DNA of 64,000 bases, from assembly GCA_013239625.1 (NCBI GenBank), contig MU054187.1, positions 10,499,231 to 10,563,230 on the forward strand, in the 5' to 3' direction. The notes under the pieces are model-generated. The model did no database searches. It saw nothing but the letters and a program-made list of their open reading frames with translations, and was not told the DNA's origin. Source of the DNA: Lama guanicoe. Taxonomy: Eukaryota. This document shows positions 25,022-38,480 of the stretch, piece by piece. Within the stretch, counting starts at the first letter, position 1; every line of letters begins with the position of its first letter. A program made the translations under genes and the position numbers.

Positions 25022-27789
25022 GTACACTCACTGCTCAACAGCTGCACTTAAAATAGTTTTGTGACGCCTGATGCTGTGTGTAGAATGATTGGCGTGGGAT
25101 GGGACCATAAGTGGTCATTTTCCTAGATGAGGCTAGAGGGCTGTGACTATTTTTGAAAAGTGCTGTCATTGGTATTTTTAAATATCTTTAAAAAGGCAGT
25201 TAATTGGCTTAAATTCAACGAAGCTTTGCAGATAGAGCCAGTCAGTACTGTGTGGGTTTTAAGCTTTGCTGTTTCAGTATTTGTGCGTCATGATGCTCCG
25301 TTTTCCCACCTTTACTTTGGTCAGTCGTACATAACCGTAGCCTGAGTCCTGGACAGAGTGAAGAAGGGGAGTAAGGCTTCATGCCTGCGCTGTGATAGTA
25401 TTATCTTCAGACTGCAGATTAGGTATTGGGTGATGAATTTCATTTCATGTCCACTTAATCTCTCTAAATTTGAATTGCTTAATTTCTAACATGAAGGATC
25501 TGGCTATGACATGGTTTTTAAGGTCCATGCAAGATGAAAAATTTTATGGTTTTGTGATTCACTAAAGAGAGACTTTTTAAAATGACAGAAAAGCAAATGA
25601 GTGGTATTCAGAATCTGTAATATGTTTTCAGCTGCGGTAACTTTGCATCCCAGTTATTTCATGGAGTTGGAACCCTGTATTACTTTAGCACTGTATGAAG
25701 AATAAACTAAAATTCTTTCTTTAAATTGACTTAATTTCGATGAGTAAGAGCTTTTGACTAGTTCGACTAGGATCGTTTCTTATTGTTATAAAGTGAGCAA
25801 TGAAGGTAATATTTTTAAAGTGTAAAGAAGATTGAAAATATTTTCAACCAAATAACGTATCATCCAAATCCAGGTGGCTTGCTTTACAAATCTTTAGGGC
25901 TTGATACTTGACTAATTTATTTCATATCTTCAATATGTTGGTTTCCATTTAGATCTAACGTTATATCCATCAGATCTGCGAGGAAACCTCAAACACTGAC
26001 CCCAGGGAATACGCTTGTTTATTCCCCTTGCGATGAATTTTTTCGAATGCTCTGCTGGGATCTGACTTAGCTTCCTCCTCTTCTGTATTCTTTCCTTTCA
26101 AGTGTCCAGGGTGACCTCTTATTTCAGCATGAATGCTACTTATTTCAATCAATTAAAATGGTTGTGTGTTTTACAGTTGACTCATGATGATAATTCCATT
26201 CCTGGGAAGCAGCTGTCCTGCTGGGCTGAGAAAAATGGACTGAAGTTTGCTTTTGCTGTTCTGTTGTCATTCAGACGTTGGAAGGAAAACCGGCTGAGCT
26301 TTAAATTGCAGGATTTGTCAGTGACTTCTGCCAGGCCTTTTACCAAAATAAAACCTTCACAGACTCTTTTTCATACTCTGGGGAAATGGAATCTGTCATG
26401 ATTTTGTTTCCTTCTCATGTAAATCCTAAAAATTGAGTCCACTTCAGGAATGAGAGATCCCTTAAAAGTGTTGCTATTTCTTGCACTGGACACGGCCAGC
26501 TGCTCAAAGGAAGATTGCTGTGTGGTCCCTACTCTGTCCTTTGTTGCCCACAGCGGTGGGTGCCTCAACCTCATTAGCCTTGGTGGGTTTACAGCACTTG
26601 GAGTGAGAGAGGAAAATGGCGCATGGAGCCAGAGGAAACTGGGGGGAATTCAGCTGTGACTGCAGTTCCAGTAGACACAGGGGAGATAAGATGAGTGTCG
26701 GGTTCCAAAAAAGTGGCCACACAAATTCTACTGGAGTAGAATTTGAAAATGGTTGCATAAGGCACAGCCACGCAGTGGGGACTTGGAGGGAATGCAGCCT
26801 GGAGCCAGGCCCAGCCAGTTGATTGGCAGCTTGTGATAAGGACCTGATTCCACATCTCAGTCCACCACCTTGGAGAGAAGGGGAAGCTGTTACAGTGCTC
26901 AGGCCCTTCGGGGATGTTTAGGAGAAACTACTATCTGGTGAGACTCAAAAGATGCACAAAACAAAGGGACACAGTCACACAGGGTGAATTCAGGCCCGGG
27001 AAGAGGGTGAGAACGGTTAGCGCTTTCTTTGAATTGCTAACAGAGATTACTGCTCAGCTTACAGCCAGCTTTGTGTATGTTCAGAGTGGACCCTTGTTGG
27101 GTTAAGACAAGGCCAAGGACAGACGTCTGTGGCATGACAGGACCAGAATAGAGTTCTGTAAAGAGTTTTTGAGAGCGGGAGCCTCGGGCTGCTGTTGGGT
27201 AACTGCTCTCTGACTCCTTCCAGGAGCTCCTGCGGATCTTTTAAAACCACCTGAGAGATGCTGCTCTTGCTCCAGTAACTAAAATTCTCTTGAAGAGGAT
27301 CTGAGGCTGACACATTGTGAATTTGCATTATTTCCACTTTGGGTGGATTATTATTTTAAGTATGTCACTCGGTTATCTAGGGCCTTATTTCCCCATTAAT
27401 CAAATGAAGAGTAGTAGAATCTCTCAGGTAACTTGCCTCTCTAGTATTTTGTGACCATATTATCATTACGTTTTTTTCTGTTGAATTTAGCAACGGAAAT
27501 GTGTTGTTCCCAAATCGTATGGCATGATGAAAACAGCCTGACTTTTGTGTAGGTTTGGCCTCCAGTCTGGACTCTAAGAACCCTTAGTGTGCAAATATTG
27601 CATCAAACCTCTTCAACATACAGCTCGGGTTGTTACAGGGGTCAGTGAAATAAGTCAAAATGCTTTGAACATTGTAAAATGCTTTGCAGATAAGAGATAG
27701 TATTTTAAAACTTTGGTTCAGCTGCTAGATTTTACTCTTGAGAAATTCCCCTCATTTGTCTAATAAATGCACCTAACTACTGAAGGGGT

Positions 27790-28130
27790 TATGTTACTTA
27801 AGGTTATATGGTTCCAAGCCACAGAAACTAAAAGACAAATTAATTTAAAAGATGTTGGGGAGCTCACGGAATCAGAGAAGCTACGCTTTCAGACTTGAAA
27901 GGGCATGTAGGCAGTTGAAGCCCGTTGGCAGTCTCGTCAGTGTGCTAGCTAAGATGGAGAGGCTCTGATCATTTTTTCAACCCTTATATGATTCCATTCA
28001 AGATTCAAGATCCAAATAGAAGGTTCCACTGATGTTGCTTGAGTAAATTTGCTCAGGGGAGGTCCTTGATTGTCAATCATCCAACTTCCCTTTGGGGAAA
28101 TGCTCGCCCCCCACTGTAGGCAATCCCCAT
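27790..28130. mobile_element. Possible old MLT1-type LTR
   Basis: ggttatatggttccaagccacagaaact...ttaaaagatgttggggagctcacggaatca resembles old MLT1 termini. Confidence 0.45.
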
Positions 28131-28134
28131 GCAT

Positions 28135-28280
28135 CTCTTAACAATTTGCAGCGGTATTTTAATCCCCATTACAAAGAGTTTTTAAATGAGGGCTATATAA
28201 CTTCCCCAAGTTCTGGCAGCTAACAGAAGGCAGAGTTTCATTTGAAAATAGGCAGACTGATTCTAAAGTTTATCCTTATA
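28135..28280 (-). mobile_element. MIR SINE fragment
   Basis: tttaatccccattaca...taacttccccaagttctggcagctaacagaaggcagag...atttgaaaataggcagactgattctaaag. Confidence 0.65.
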
Positions 28281-31200
28281 ATTATGTAATAATTTACCCA
28301 CTCAGATAAAAATTTAGCACTTTCTTTATATTAAGTTGGTTTCTGCTTGCCGTTTAAAAATAAGTTGATAATAGAAATTAGGTTTATGTCAGCATCTACA
28401 TAGTGACTTCACCACAGAAGAGCTGTAGTTCAGTTGCTCATATTTGAAGTTCTGCCTTTTATTAATATAATTTATTATGTCTTGGTCATATATCTTACAC
28501 AACGTTCAAAACATTCCACCGGATCTTCTAGTGAAGGTAATTGTAGGGCAGTGATCAGTGTGCTTGGGAAGATTAGCTGTTTAATCAGAGTGACTGATTT
28601 ATTTCACAGAACAGGACCATTCAGTCTTAGTCTGCTGTTTGCTTGATTGATAGTATTGTCCTGATAACTGTAAATCTTTAGAGTCATACCGAACTGCATT
28701 GATAAAGGAGTATCAATAAACATTTTGTCATTTAGTAATTCAGCTGTATGTCCTTGATAGGCCTGTTCGGAGTTGATGTCCCAAATCTGGGGGAAGAAAT
28801 CACAATAAAAGATAAGAGTGGGAATTCTTAATATATGAAGTGTGAATCTTCTGGAGGTTGTGATGACACCCGACTCTTTCTGTCCTCTCTCCAAGGTGAT
28901 TTGGTAGATGCAGATTTGTCTACGACATTGAATTTGAATTGATTTGTAGATGACTCTTGTCATTTAAGGATAAGTGGCTCCAGAAAAAGATGATTAAAAG
29001 TGAATCCATTTATAGAAAGGACCAAAATTTCATAAAAAGTGGGAGAGGGGGGAAAGTTTGATTGGGACTTTCTCCATTAGTCTGTTTTATGTAGTCTAAT
29101 CTATAACAGAGTTTAGGCTATACCTTGAATTAGTAAATTGAATCTTAAAAAAAGTGAAACAAATGCTGAGTCTTTTTGGGGGGAGGGGCATGCATTTTAT
29201 GATAAAACTGTATGATAGAACAATTTGATGTTCTTCATTTCATGTTTAACTTCCCTAGTATTTTAAAAAGATTTTGTGGAAGGATATTTAAATGCTTCAT
29301 TAATTTCCTGAAGAGACTCTTTTGATATTGAAACTGTTCTTTTATGAAACACCCATCTAGTTGTCATCCTTGTCAATTTTCTTTTCTCCCACGGTGAATG
29401 GGTCTAGTTCTGATAGATCCTGATCTGTCAATGCCTTGCATATGAATGGGGAGCTTTCAAGGCCTCCTGTCATCTTTCATCTTTTCCAAGATTATGGCTT
29501 CTCTCTGCAGTCAGTTTGTGTTTTTTTGGACGCTGACATTCAGCGTTTAGTTGACGAGACGAATTAGAGAGACCCTGGTGTTGGCAAGGAGAGCTGATGA
29601 TGGGGTCAGATAATTAGTGAGCAGTTTCCTATCACAGTGATTTTTGCCACCTCAGAGCTGCAGAAGAATCAGTAATGAACCCTTATGCAACCTATATTAA
29701 GAGAACTTCTTGACATGAAAAAGATTTACCCTTTCAAACAGTCCAGATGTAGGTTAGCAGTGTTATTTTTATTGGGCTTAGTGAGAGGAGGGGATTTGTT
29801 CTCTTATCACAGTTCTTCATAAATCATGATTTCAATGTTTGAAGGATTATTGGAAATGAGAAAAGAAGCCATAAAATAAATAGACGTGCTTCTGATTGTC
29901 TTTTTTGGCTACTGTCATTTTCTGAAGGCATTCTTTGGCACTTAATGTGTCCACTTATGAAATTCATCACGCTTCCATGTTAAATTCTGTGACCATTTTT
30001 TTTAGGACTAAAATTTTTTTTGGGGGGAGATGGTGCTTTGAAAGTAGTTTTTCTGGTACGCTGACTATATAATTGGCAGCTAATTATATACCTCAAATTA
30101 TAAATTCAAAAACCATTCAACTGCTTAGCAAACTGGATTCTGAATTGTTACTCTTTTCTTGCTGGATCTTGTAACGTGAGGCACACACACACAAGAAGAA
30201 GAGCTGTTGGTGAAGAGTGTTGCCCACAGGGATGGCTCTGGGTCCCACTCTTTGTGACCGAAGTCATTGTTGGGTCCATCCGTTAAGACTGATCTCTTGG
30301 CCATATTGGGAAGTGATATTTAATGGTGCGCTTCATAAATTTGACAAAGAAAATTAATGGAGAATGATTGAAACATGAACCACAGTGTAGAATGAACCGT
30401 ATAATCAATAATAGACATACCTGATCGTGAACACACACAGCCATCATCCCTATGTTCATCCCTGTGAATTCATGCCAACTCTCATTTTATTGTTAAATTC
30501 GTACAGTGGTCCCACTGCATTTAATTCTGTGTTTACTTATCTATTTCTCCACTGTTGTATATGCTTCTTGGGAGCAAGGGTCACGTCTTACGCTATGGGC
30601 CCCCAGTATGTAGAACAGTATCTGATACAAGCTGGTTGAATGGTAATTAAATGCAGATGTAACTACATTGTAGTTATATATTAATTGTCGTTTTCTTCTC
30701 ACTGTATTTTTGTCTCTTTTGGTTAATGGCAGTGATTCTGACCTGGTTCTCTTCAAAATCCAGTATTTGTTTCATTATCCTGCTAATTTGATGCTCTCTA
30801 GTCCTCTTTGGCATCCTGTTCTGGTTTATTGTTCACGAATGTACCGTGCAAGACTTCTCACTTTTTTGTATTAAAGTTGAACATCCTGCAGTTGTTTGAC
30901 ATTCAGTCTTTATAAAGGTCTTTCTGTAGGACAGGTTCTATTTCCTCTGTCTAATGGACAAATATGGTGAGTTTCCCTCAATATGTGTCACCCTTTGCAC
31001 TGCTGGATGGTGGTGATGGAGGAGGACTGAGATAGGTTTGCACAGCTTAGGGGAGAAAGAGAGAAGCTTTTAAAATGAGAAAAACCTGATGAGTACGTCT
31101 CCTACCACTGGTCACAGTTATTTATTTATGATTACTTCTTACCTTGAACTACCAGTCAGCCTTCTTTTCCTTATCTAATAAAAGCAGTCAGGATTAGAAC

Positions 31201-31360
31201 TATGCATGGCTGGAGTTTTACTGTATTTAATTCTACATGTGTAATTAATCACAAGCAGAGTCTCTGATTTTACATGATAAATGTAGCTCCTTAAAGGGAA
31301 ATCTGAACTAACAATAAATCATCTAGATGATAAAAGTCCATTATTTTGGTTATTTTAAAA

Positions 31361-31923
31361 ATCTTTTTATTATGTAAGTTTTATATATATGTATATATAT
31401 ATATAGAGAGAGAGAGAGGTATAGTTGACATACTGTATTATGTTGGTTTCAGGTGTACAACATAGTGATTTGACATTTGTCTACATTGCAAAATGATTAC
31501 CACAGTAAGTCTAGTTATAGACTGTCTCCATACAAAGTTAGTTCAACATTTTGACTGTATTCCCAGGCTGTACATTACATCCCGTAACCTATTTATTTTC
31601 TAACTGCAACTTTGTACTTCTTGATCCCATTCACACATTTTGTTCCCCATCCCCAACCACTCTCCACTCTGGCAGCCACCAGCCTGTTCTCTGTATCTAT
31701 GAGTCTGGGTTTTGTTTTGTATGTTTGTTTTGTTTTGTAGAGTCTACGTATAAGTGGAATCATTCAGTATTTGTCTTTCTCCTTCTACTTATTTCGCTTG
31801 GTGTAATACTCTCAAGGGTCCATTCATGTTCCAAAGATGACATACAAATAGCCAACAGGTGCGTGAAAAGATGCTCACTAATCATCAGGGAAATGCAGAT
31901 CAAAACCACTAAAAGATATCACC
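31361..31923 (-). mobile_element. L1 insertion with 5' inversion: antisense 3' end (31361-31830) plus sense ORF2 fragment (about 31829-31923)
   Basis: Antisense tagttgacatactgtattatgttggtttcaggtgtacaacatagtgattt...ctcaagggtccattcatgtt, then sense SKDDIQIANRCVKRCSLIIREMQIKTTKRYHL; degenerate flanking direct repeats. Confidence 0.88.
31382..31418. repeat. Compound (TA)n(GA)n microsatellite in the L1 tail
   Basis: tatatatatgtatatatatatatagagagagagagag. Confidence 0.85.
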
Positions 31924-32729
31924 TTATTTTTAGGTATTTTTTAAAGGAATTCCTAAAAGACAGCAGAACTCTGAATCATATGAGTAAAAACATTATTTAA
32001 AAATATCTTTATTAAATATGTGTAGATACATATTACATTAAATGTAATGGCTTTAGGGCCGTTCAAAATTAATGACTTATACAAAGCCCTCTTATTTCTT
32101 AAAAATAGTTCTTTCTCTCAAATGTTGGTTTATGACTCTAGGATATATCACTACACTGTTCAAGTAGCTCATTTTCATGGGCAGTATTTTTGTCATGGTC
32201 ACAATTTTTTCACAGTACAATAATCTGCTCTCTCTGACATTTACAGAGTGACCCATGAAACAGTCTACAAAGCTAATTTAATTAATTTTTTTTTAAATTT
32301 TAGAAAGAGTGTCCAACTTGCTAGAGATTTATACCAGAAGAAATTGTTAACACATTGTTGGCATATTGTAGCAATGTTAAAAACCTTCCTTTAGTAGATC
32401 AAAGTATTTATTATACATGATTGCTGAATAACTAAATGTGTATTTGCCAAAGAATAAATATCTAGGTTAAAAATTTGCATTGATTTTTAAAATGAAGATG
32501 AAATACTAACCAGGTGGAATAACATTATGCAGATTTAAGTGAATATTCAGCAACGAGGAGAGGCATCGTGGGTGTAACTGAGACTGTGGGACGTGTGGTC
32601 AGCAGCTCTTCAGCCCCGGGCACTGGCAGGCAGCTGGGACTACCTGGCAGAGACCTGTGCTCATCTTTCTCTCGGAGTTAGCAGGGTCGCTGTCCTGCAC
32701 ACTTGAGCACTGAGCTCAGGCTTCTAAAG

Positions 32730-32903
32730 CAGTGTTGCTCAAAGTGCTGGTAGAATCCACAGTGCGTCAGAATCTACTGGAACAGACTGGGACCCACCCC
32801 AGATTTACTCACTTTCCATCTCTAAGAATGGTCCTAGGGAACCTAAAAGTTTTAACAATCCCATCACGCTTGTCTTCCAAACTCTGAAATTTGAGAACCA
32901 TTG
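32730..32903. mobile_element. MER5-like hAT MITE
   Basis: Inverted termini cagtgttgctcaaa / tttgagaaccattg; internal gggacccaccccagatttact. Confidence 0.7.
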
Positions 32904-34069
32904 TCCCTTCTCTTCCAGCGATCTGCCTGGTTTGTTTTATTGCTTCCATATTTTTTGTTTTCTAGCTCATTTGTCTGGGATCGTCATTTTGATAGACTCC
33001 AGTGCTCTTGACTGTTCCCTAGCAATCTGATGCTTGTAGACGTACCTTATTTCAGTTTTGTAGCTTGGCTTTTTTTTATCCCTAACTCCAGAAACACTCC
33101 TGCCATTTCTAGATAAATGAAAAAAATTGCACATAGTTTTTCAAAATATCATAAACATCATTCATTCCAAAGATAAAGCCAGGAGTCTTTGTTTTTTCCA
33201 TTACAGAGGAAGGTAGATTATATTATGTAAGTGAAGGGGAAATATGACACAGCGTTAGTTAAAAATGGACATTTAGTAAGTGTCTGCTTGCAGATAAGAT
33301 GAGTGAAAGGCATTTCGTGATTACATGCGAGACTATCTACTCTTGGCCAAATTTTCTTCAGTATTTATAATACTGTACATATCTGTGTTTCTGAATTTTT
33401 AATGAGTTTTAGTGGCCATTGTCATAGAAATAATGTAGATTCAGTCCTGATAAGTCAAAGGCACAGGGGCCATTCTTTATCCTCTAAAGATAAAAGTGGT
33501 ATAAAGAGAAATACTGTAAGACTTTCTTTTAGAATGAGATTTTCTAGCCAAATCTCTGTGTTTTGACAGCATCTCTTAAGAATGTAAACATTTCCCTAGG
33601 AATTAATTTATATTATTCATGAAGATACGTCATGTGATGGTAGTAGATTCCCTTGGTAGAAGACAGTAGAGGTGATGCTATGCTGATTCCTCAAGCCAAG
33701 ATCCGTCATCTCAGTAACGGAAATGTCTCAGCAGGATTTAGTAAAATGTGTGTTATGGGTATATTGTAAGATATACTTTATAGTATAACCATGAATTCTA
33801 GAAACTCTGGATGGTTGGGTTTGATGTCCTTACTTCATACAATTTCATTAGTTGATAATTAGGCAGATGCTTTGGGTTGCTTATGAAAGGAAGTGTTGAT
33901 CTTGAAGAGGTTAATCAATCTTACTCTGATTTTTGATCAGGAGCTAGGAGCTGGTGGGAACTTACAGTGATGCCTTAAATATAATGTGTCTGTGTATTAG
34001 TGAGAGGTCTGAGAGTTTGCTATGATGTCAGTCTGGATTAAATGAATAAAAAATTCAACCTGTTGAAGT

Positions 34070-34610
34070 ATAGACTAGAAGAGAAGGACCTCGGGGCACT
34101 TTGACTGCAGGGGGACTTTGAATCAATGATAGGATGGGGATATTAATAATATGTATTGATATATATATATGGGAGGGGACTGGAGAAATAAGAATATCAC
34201 TATATTCTTAATTTGCCAGCTCACATCCAAGTGATTGTATTCACTTCTGTTACATATTAAAGGAGACTCTGACAAGCTGGAAAAGGTCCAGAGGGGGTCC
34301 ACCGGGATCTTCTGGGTTTCTAAAATCCAGCCATATGGTCGAAAGGCAGTGGTGTTTCAGAGCCTGGGAAAGCAGAAGGGAAGCATGTTAGCTATGTTCA
34401 GATATTGGTGGGCCTATCGTGATGGACAGGGTGTCCACCCACCCCGAGGAGAAAAAATAGAGTAAGCAAGTGAAATAGTGGTACATGTTGACTCTACAGT
34501 AAGAAAAATCTTTCTAACCATTAGGCTTGTTAAATAAAAAAATGAACTATCTTGTGAGGAAAGGAACTTAATTTTACTGGAAGTATCCAAGAGTAAGCTG
34601 GAAGGCCTTT
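34070..34610 (+). mobile_element. L3/CR1 LINE 3' fragment (may extend upstream)
   Basis: ORF 34235 HIKGDSDKLEKVQRGSTG...FQSLGKQKGSMLAMFRY resembles the CR1 ORF2 C-terminus; also aagaaaaatctttctaaccattagg. Confidence 0.75.
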
Positions 34611-34799
34611 TTTGTCAAAGCAGGAGTCAGTGTTCCTTGAGGCAACAAGATGTATCCACCCTAAGTAACTTGAGAGTAAGAGAGATAACATGGTCTTCAG
34701 TGAGTGAAACCATAAAATCAGCATAGAGCGAAACACAGCAGAGATAAGAAATAAAGGAAGCAACCTTGCAGAATCAGATCACCTTCAGTGCTGGTAATA

Positions 34800-34985
34800 A
34801 CTACACTCGCCTTTGTCGAGTCCTGTCTATGTGTTAGGCATTGTGCTGGGACTTCTGAATATATTGTCTTACAAATTCTCACTCTGGCTGTATACATTAA
34901 GCACAATTATTCCTTTTCTACAGTGGTTTGAAGGCATACACATAGCTGCAGAATCAAAGGAGCTAATCAAAAGTTTGACTTGTTA
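34800..34985 (-). mobile_element. MIR SINE fragment
   Basis: ctatgtgttaggcattgtgctgggacttctgaatatattgtcttacaaattctcac. Confidence 0.6.
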
Positions 34986-36319
34986 GCATTTAAAGCAGAG
35001 AAAAAGAAGGGAGCAAGAAAGAGCTAGGAGAGAGAGAGACACACGGAGAGACAGGCTTTGGACAGTCTTGTCCAGGTGGTGGACAGAGTCTCACTGCTTA
35101 CGAACTCCCCTTAAAGCCAGCCCCGCAAGATTCTTTCTGATTATGATAATGGCTTTCCAGAGAGGTTAAGCTCACAAAGGGAGATTGTCTTGGCCATAAT
35201 CATGGGACCATTCAGTGTGTGTGTCAGTTATCATCTCAGTTATCATCAAGAATAATATATCCGCTTTCTGTTTTACTCATTGGTCCCCATGAGTTCTTCA
35301 GAGCTGGGACAATATCTCCCCTGAGGCTGTGTAAAAGGATGGAGTAAATGACCTCTAGCCATTATAGTTAGCTCAGATTCACATTAAATTCTCCTTATAT
35401 TTATTCATAAAGATAAGAACCACAAAGAAGTCAGGAAATGTATTGTTAGTAATTATTTCACTTAGGAACCCATCTGTGAATAAATACCTACTTATTTAAT
35501 TTGGGGAACTTATTTGGAAGACTTGCTAATATGCAAATTAGGGTAATATTTGCAGTAGCCCTTTTATAATATAACCAGTTATCTTCCTGCCTTGGCATTC
35601 GTGGGCTACTGGGTGGAATAGTCTAAGGTGAGGTGCTTTGTACCTTTTGCTTAATTGCTATGGATAAAGCCACTTTTCATAATGTTGTGTAGGTCCCTTG
35701 TGCAAAAATCAACGTGATGTTTTCTTTTTTTAAAACATTTTTATTACTATCCTATCTTAATTTTTTTCTAAGGTAGGGATGGTGTTCACTGTAAATCAGA
35801 AATCACTGCCACTGCATTTGGTGTTTATATTTATATTTGATGATAGTTTTTGCTCACCTATCACATGACAAAATAAATGAAATTGTGTATAATGTTGATA
35901 GATCTCTATCCTTGTTACGAAGGGACAGGAGAGGGAAATAGTTGAACTTTAAAATGTGTTTGCAATTCTCAGATTAACACGATAACCCTGTCTTAATTAA
36001 TTTCCCTTTTGCGAAATTTCTTATTATAGTTACATGAGTTGTCATTTGAATTTAAAATTTTATAATTGATCAGAAAACCTATCTCCATTGTTAATTGTGG
36101 AAATATGAAATTAAAATGAACATCTGGAGTTGTAAATATGAGAAATGAAAATTAAAGCATTAAGTTTAAAAACAAATCAGAAATTTGGTCCTCAGTTTAA
36201 AGAGACCAGATATATTTAAAACTGAAGTGTTCTTGGAGAGCACACTTACCAGGTCTCTACTGAAAACGTCCTTCTTTTTTTTTTTTTTTGTGGTTTTTTT
36301 TTTTTTGGGCCCAACTCAG

Positions 36320-36520
36320 TGCATTGGTTATGACAGTCTAGGCTGTAGAAACAAAGAGACTGCAGCATTTATGATGGCTCAGAGCAGGTGCTTGTGATCA
36401 GCTCACACAGCAGCCCACTGTGTGTGTTCTGCTCAGTGGGCAGTTTTCCTTGGTTGATGATTCAGGGGCCCAGGTTCCTGCCCTCTTGTGGGTCCTGTCG
36501 GCTGCGGTGGTTGGCACTCA
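36320..36520. mobile_element. Old MLT1-type LTR fragment
   Basis: ttggttatgacagtctaggctgtagaaacaaagagac...gatgattcaggggcccaggttcctgccctcttgtgg. Confidence 0.5.
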
Positions 36521-36921
36521 TGTTAAAATCAGTTTTGTCACACTAATCACATGACCTTATTAGGCACTCAGTAAAGGTTTACTTAACAAGGGAGTGTGCC
36601 AGTGCAACTTTTAATAACCATGGTGAAAGATTCTATGGAAGGTTGCTCTCTTTAAATAGGTTTTTTTTTTCCCCTTTTTTTTCTTCTTTTTTCCTTAGAC
36701 TCTCTTAAGAGTAGCTGTATTCACTGAAACTGACCAGAAAGAGACTGGAGGGAAGGAGATCAATGTTCAGCGTATAAATATTTATACTGTTTAAACTTTT
36801 ATCCTGTCCATATATTGCATCTTAAAATGAAAACAAATTACTTTTAAGGAGAAAGAAGAATCACACACACGAGTTTCCCTTAAGTAATCAGACCTTGTTT
36901 TCTCCTTTCTTCCTGACGTAG

Positions 36922-37056
<135 letters not shown>

Positions 37057-37468
37057 TAAGAAGATAGACAGGTGAGGCTTCAGAAATGATTTATCCATCT
37101 CACAGCTTCGACCTTTCCTTTGTGCTCCCGGGAACTCACAGTCTCATCAGTAAACTTCCACGTACTCTCAGCCTCTTCTCCCCTGCACCTTGAAGAAAGG
37201 GAGCAGATTCAGTTTAAAGCCAAAAAATAATTAAATTGTTGTCTATCTTAATGGGCTTTAAAAAAATTTGATTTTACCATCTGTGATAATGAACCTGTTT
37301 GTTTTTTTTTGTATGCTTTTCTAAATTCTCTGTGTTTGGTAGCAAGATTGGGATTACTAGAAATGGGTTTTGGGACGATCTAGAAGAGGTTGTTAATTTT
37401 ACCTGTGTGAAACTCTTTAAAAAACTATAATGTGGTTCAAGTTGTTTAGGTGCAATTATTTTCCCCCC

Positions 37469-37597
37469 AACTGTAGTGAAGTATAATTGACAAATATAAT
37501 TGTAAGATATTTAAAGTGTAAGTGTACAGCATGATGACTTGATACATGCACACATTGTGAAAGGATTCCCCCATCAAGCTGATTAACGCATTTATCT
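37469..37597 (-). mobile_element. L1MA-type 3' end fragment
   Basis: tgaagtataattgacaaatataattgtaagatatttaaagtgta...acattgtgaaaggattcccccatcaagctgattaac. Confidence 0.75.
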
Positions 37598-38199
37598 AGG
37601 TGTGGTTATTAAAGACATCTGTTTGACAATGAGATCTTTTTTCATTACAGTTGGTCTCATCCTTATGTATGTATATGCCTGCCGTCAAGGTCAGAGCCTT
37701 TGCAAAATTAACAGTGTACAAACGACGTTAGTATTAATGGTCTCATGGCTGAAATTGTTAAATAAATTAAGCAACAGGAAAAGTTTTACAAAATTAAAAT
37801 CCTGCTCTTTAGCAAATAGCCTTCATGTTTGTATAACATAGACCAAATACATGGTGATTAAAAATGGAGATCACTAAATAAATCTGTGTGTCCTTTCCCT
37901 TCTTGAATTGGAGTGTTGTGAATATACCATCTGTTTCATTCCTCTTAGGACACTTCATCTCCATTACCATATACTTCCTAAGATCTAAAGATCCTTCAGA
38001 AATTATGAATAAACTGAACCTTTTCTAAGCTTCCTTAATTTTGTAATTACAGGTGGCAGGGACCTGGTGAATTTACTTTAATTCTACCGTTACATTCTTT
38101 AAAGAGTTGAGTGCTGGATTAGTCACACGAGCTCTAGATATTTCTAATGCTTCTAATCTTTGGGGAAACTAGTTTAAAAATAATGTATTGTGCAGCATT

Positions 38200-38480
38200 C
38201 GGTACCCATATCATGACATTGCTTAGTTTGGCCGGTTTAAGATCTTTGTAAGATAGTATCATAGTGTGTTTGGGCTTCTGCAGTGTATGTTTTATATGCA
38301 GTGTGGTTTCTAAACTATATATCCCTGTGTGTAGCAATAATTTATTCATTTTAAATGCTGCGTAATATTTCATTGGTTAGATATAGCACAGTTTAATTAT
38401 TCATTCTCCTATCAGTGGGCCTTAGGATTATTTCCAGTTTTTCCATCATTGCGAACATTGCTATACATGTAACCTGGTGA
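38200..38480 (-). mobile_element. Old L1 (L1ME-like) fragment
   Basis: tttattcattttaaatgctgcgtaatatttcattg...tcattctcctatcagtgggcc...atttccagttttt. Confidence 0.65.

Noticed and set aside
26184..26243. Box C/D snoRNA (ATGATGA...CTGA)
   Set aside because: Too short, no convincing terminal stem or recognisable rRNA guide, and the motifs are common by chance.
31551..32000. 149-aa ORF with L1 ORF2 similarity
   Set aside because: Chance read-through across the inverted L1 junction; it starts at TTG and only about 32 aa are L1-like.
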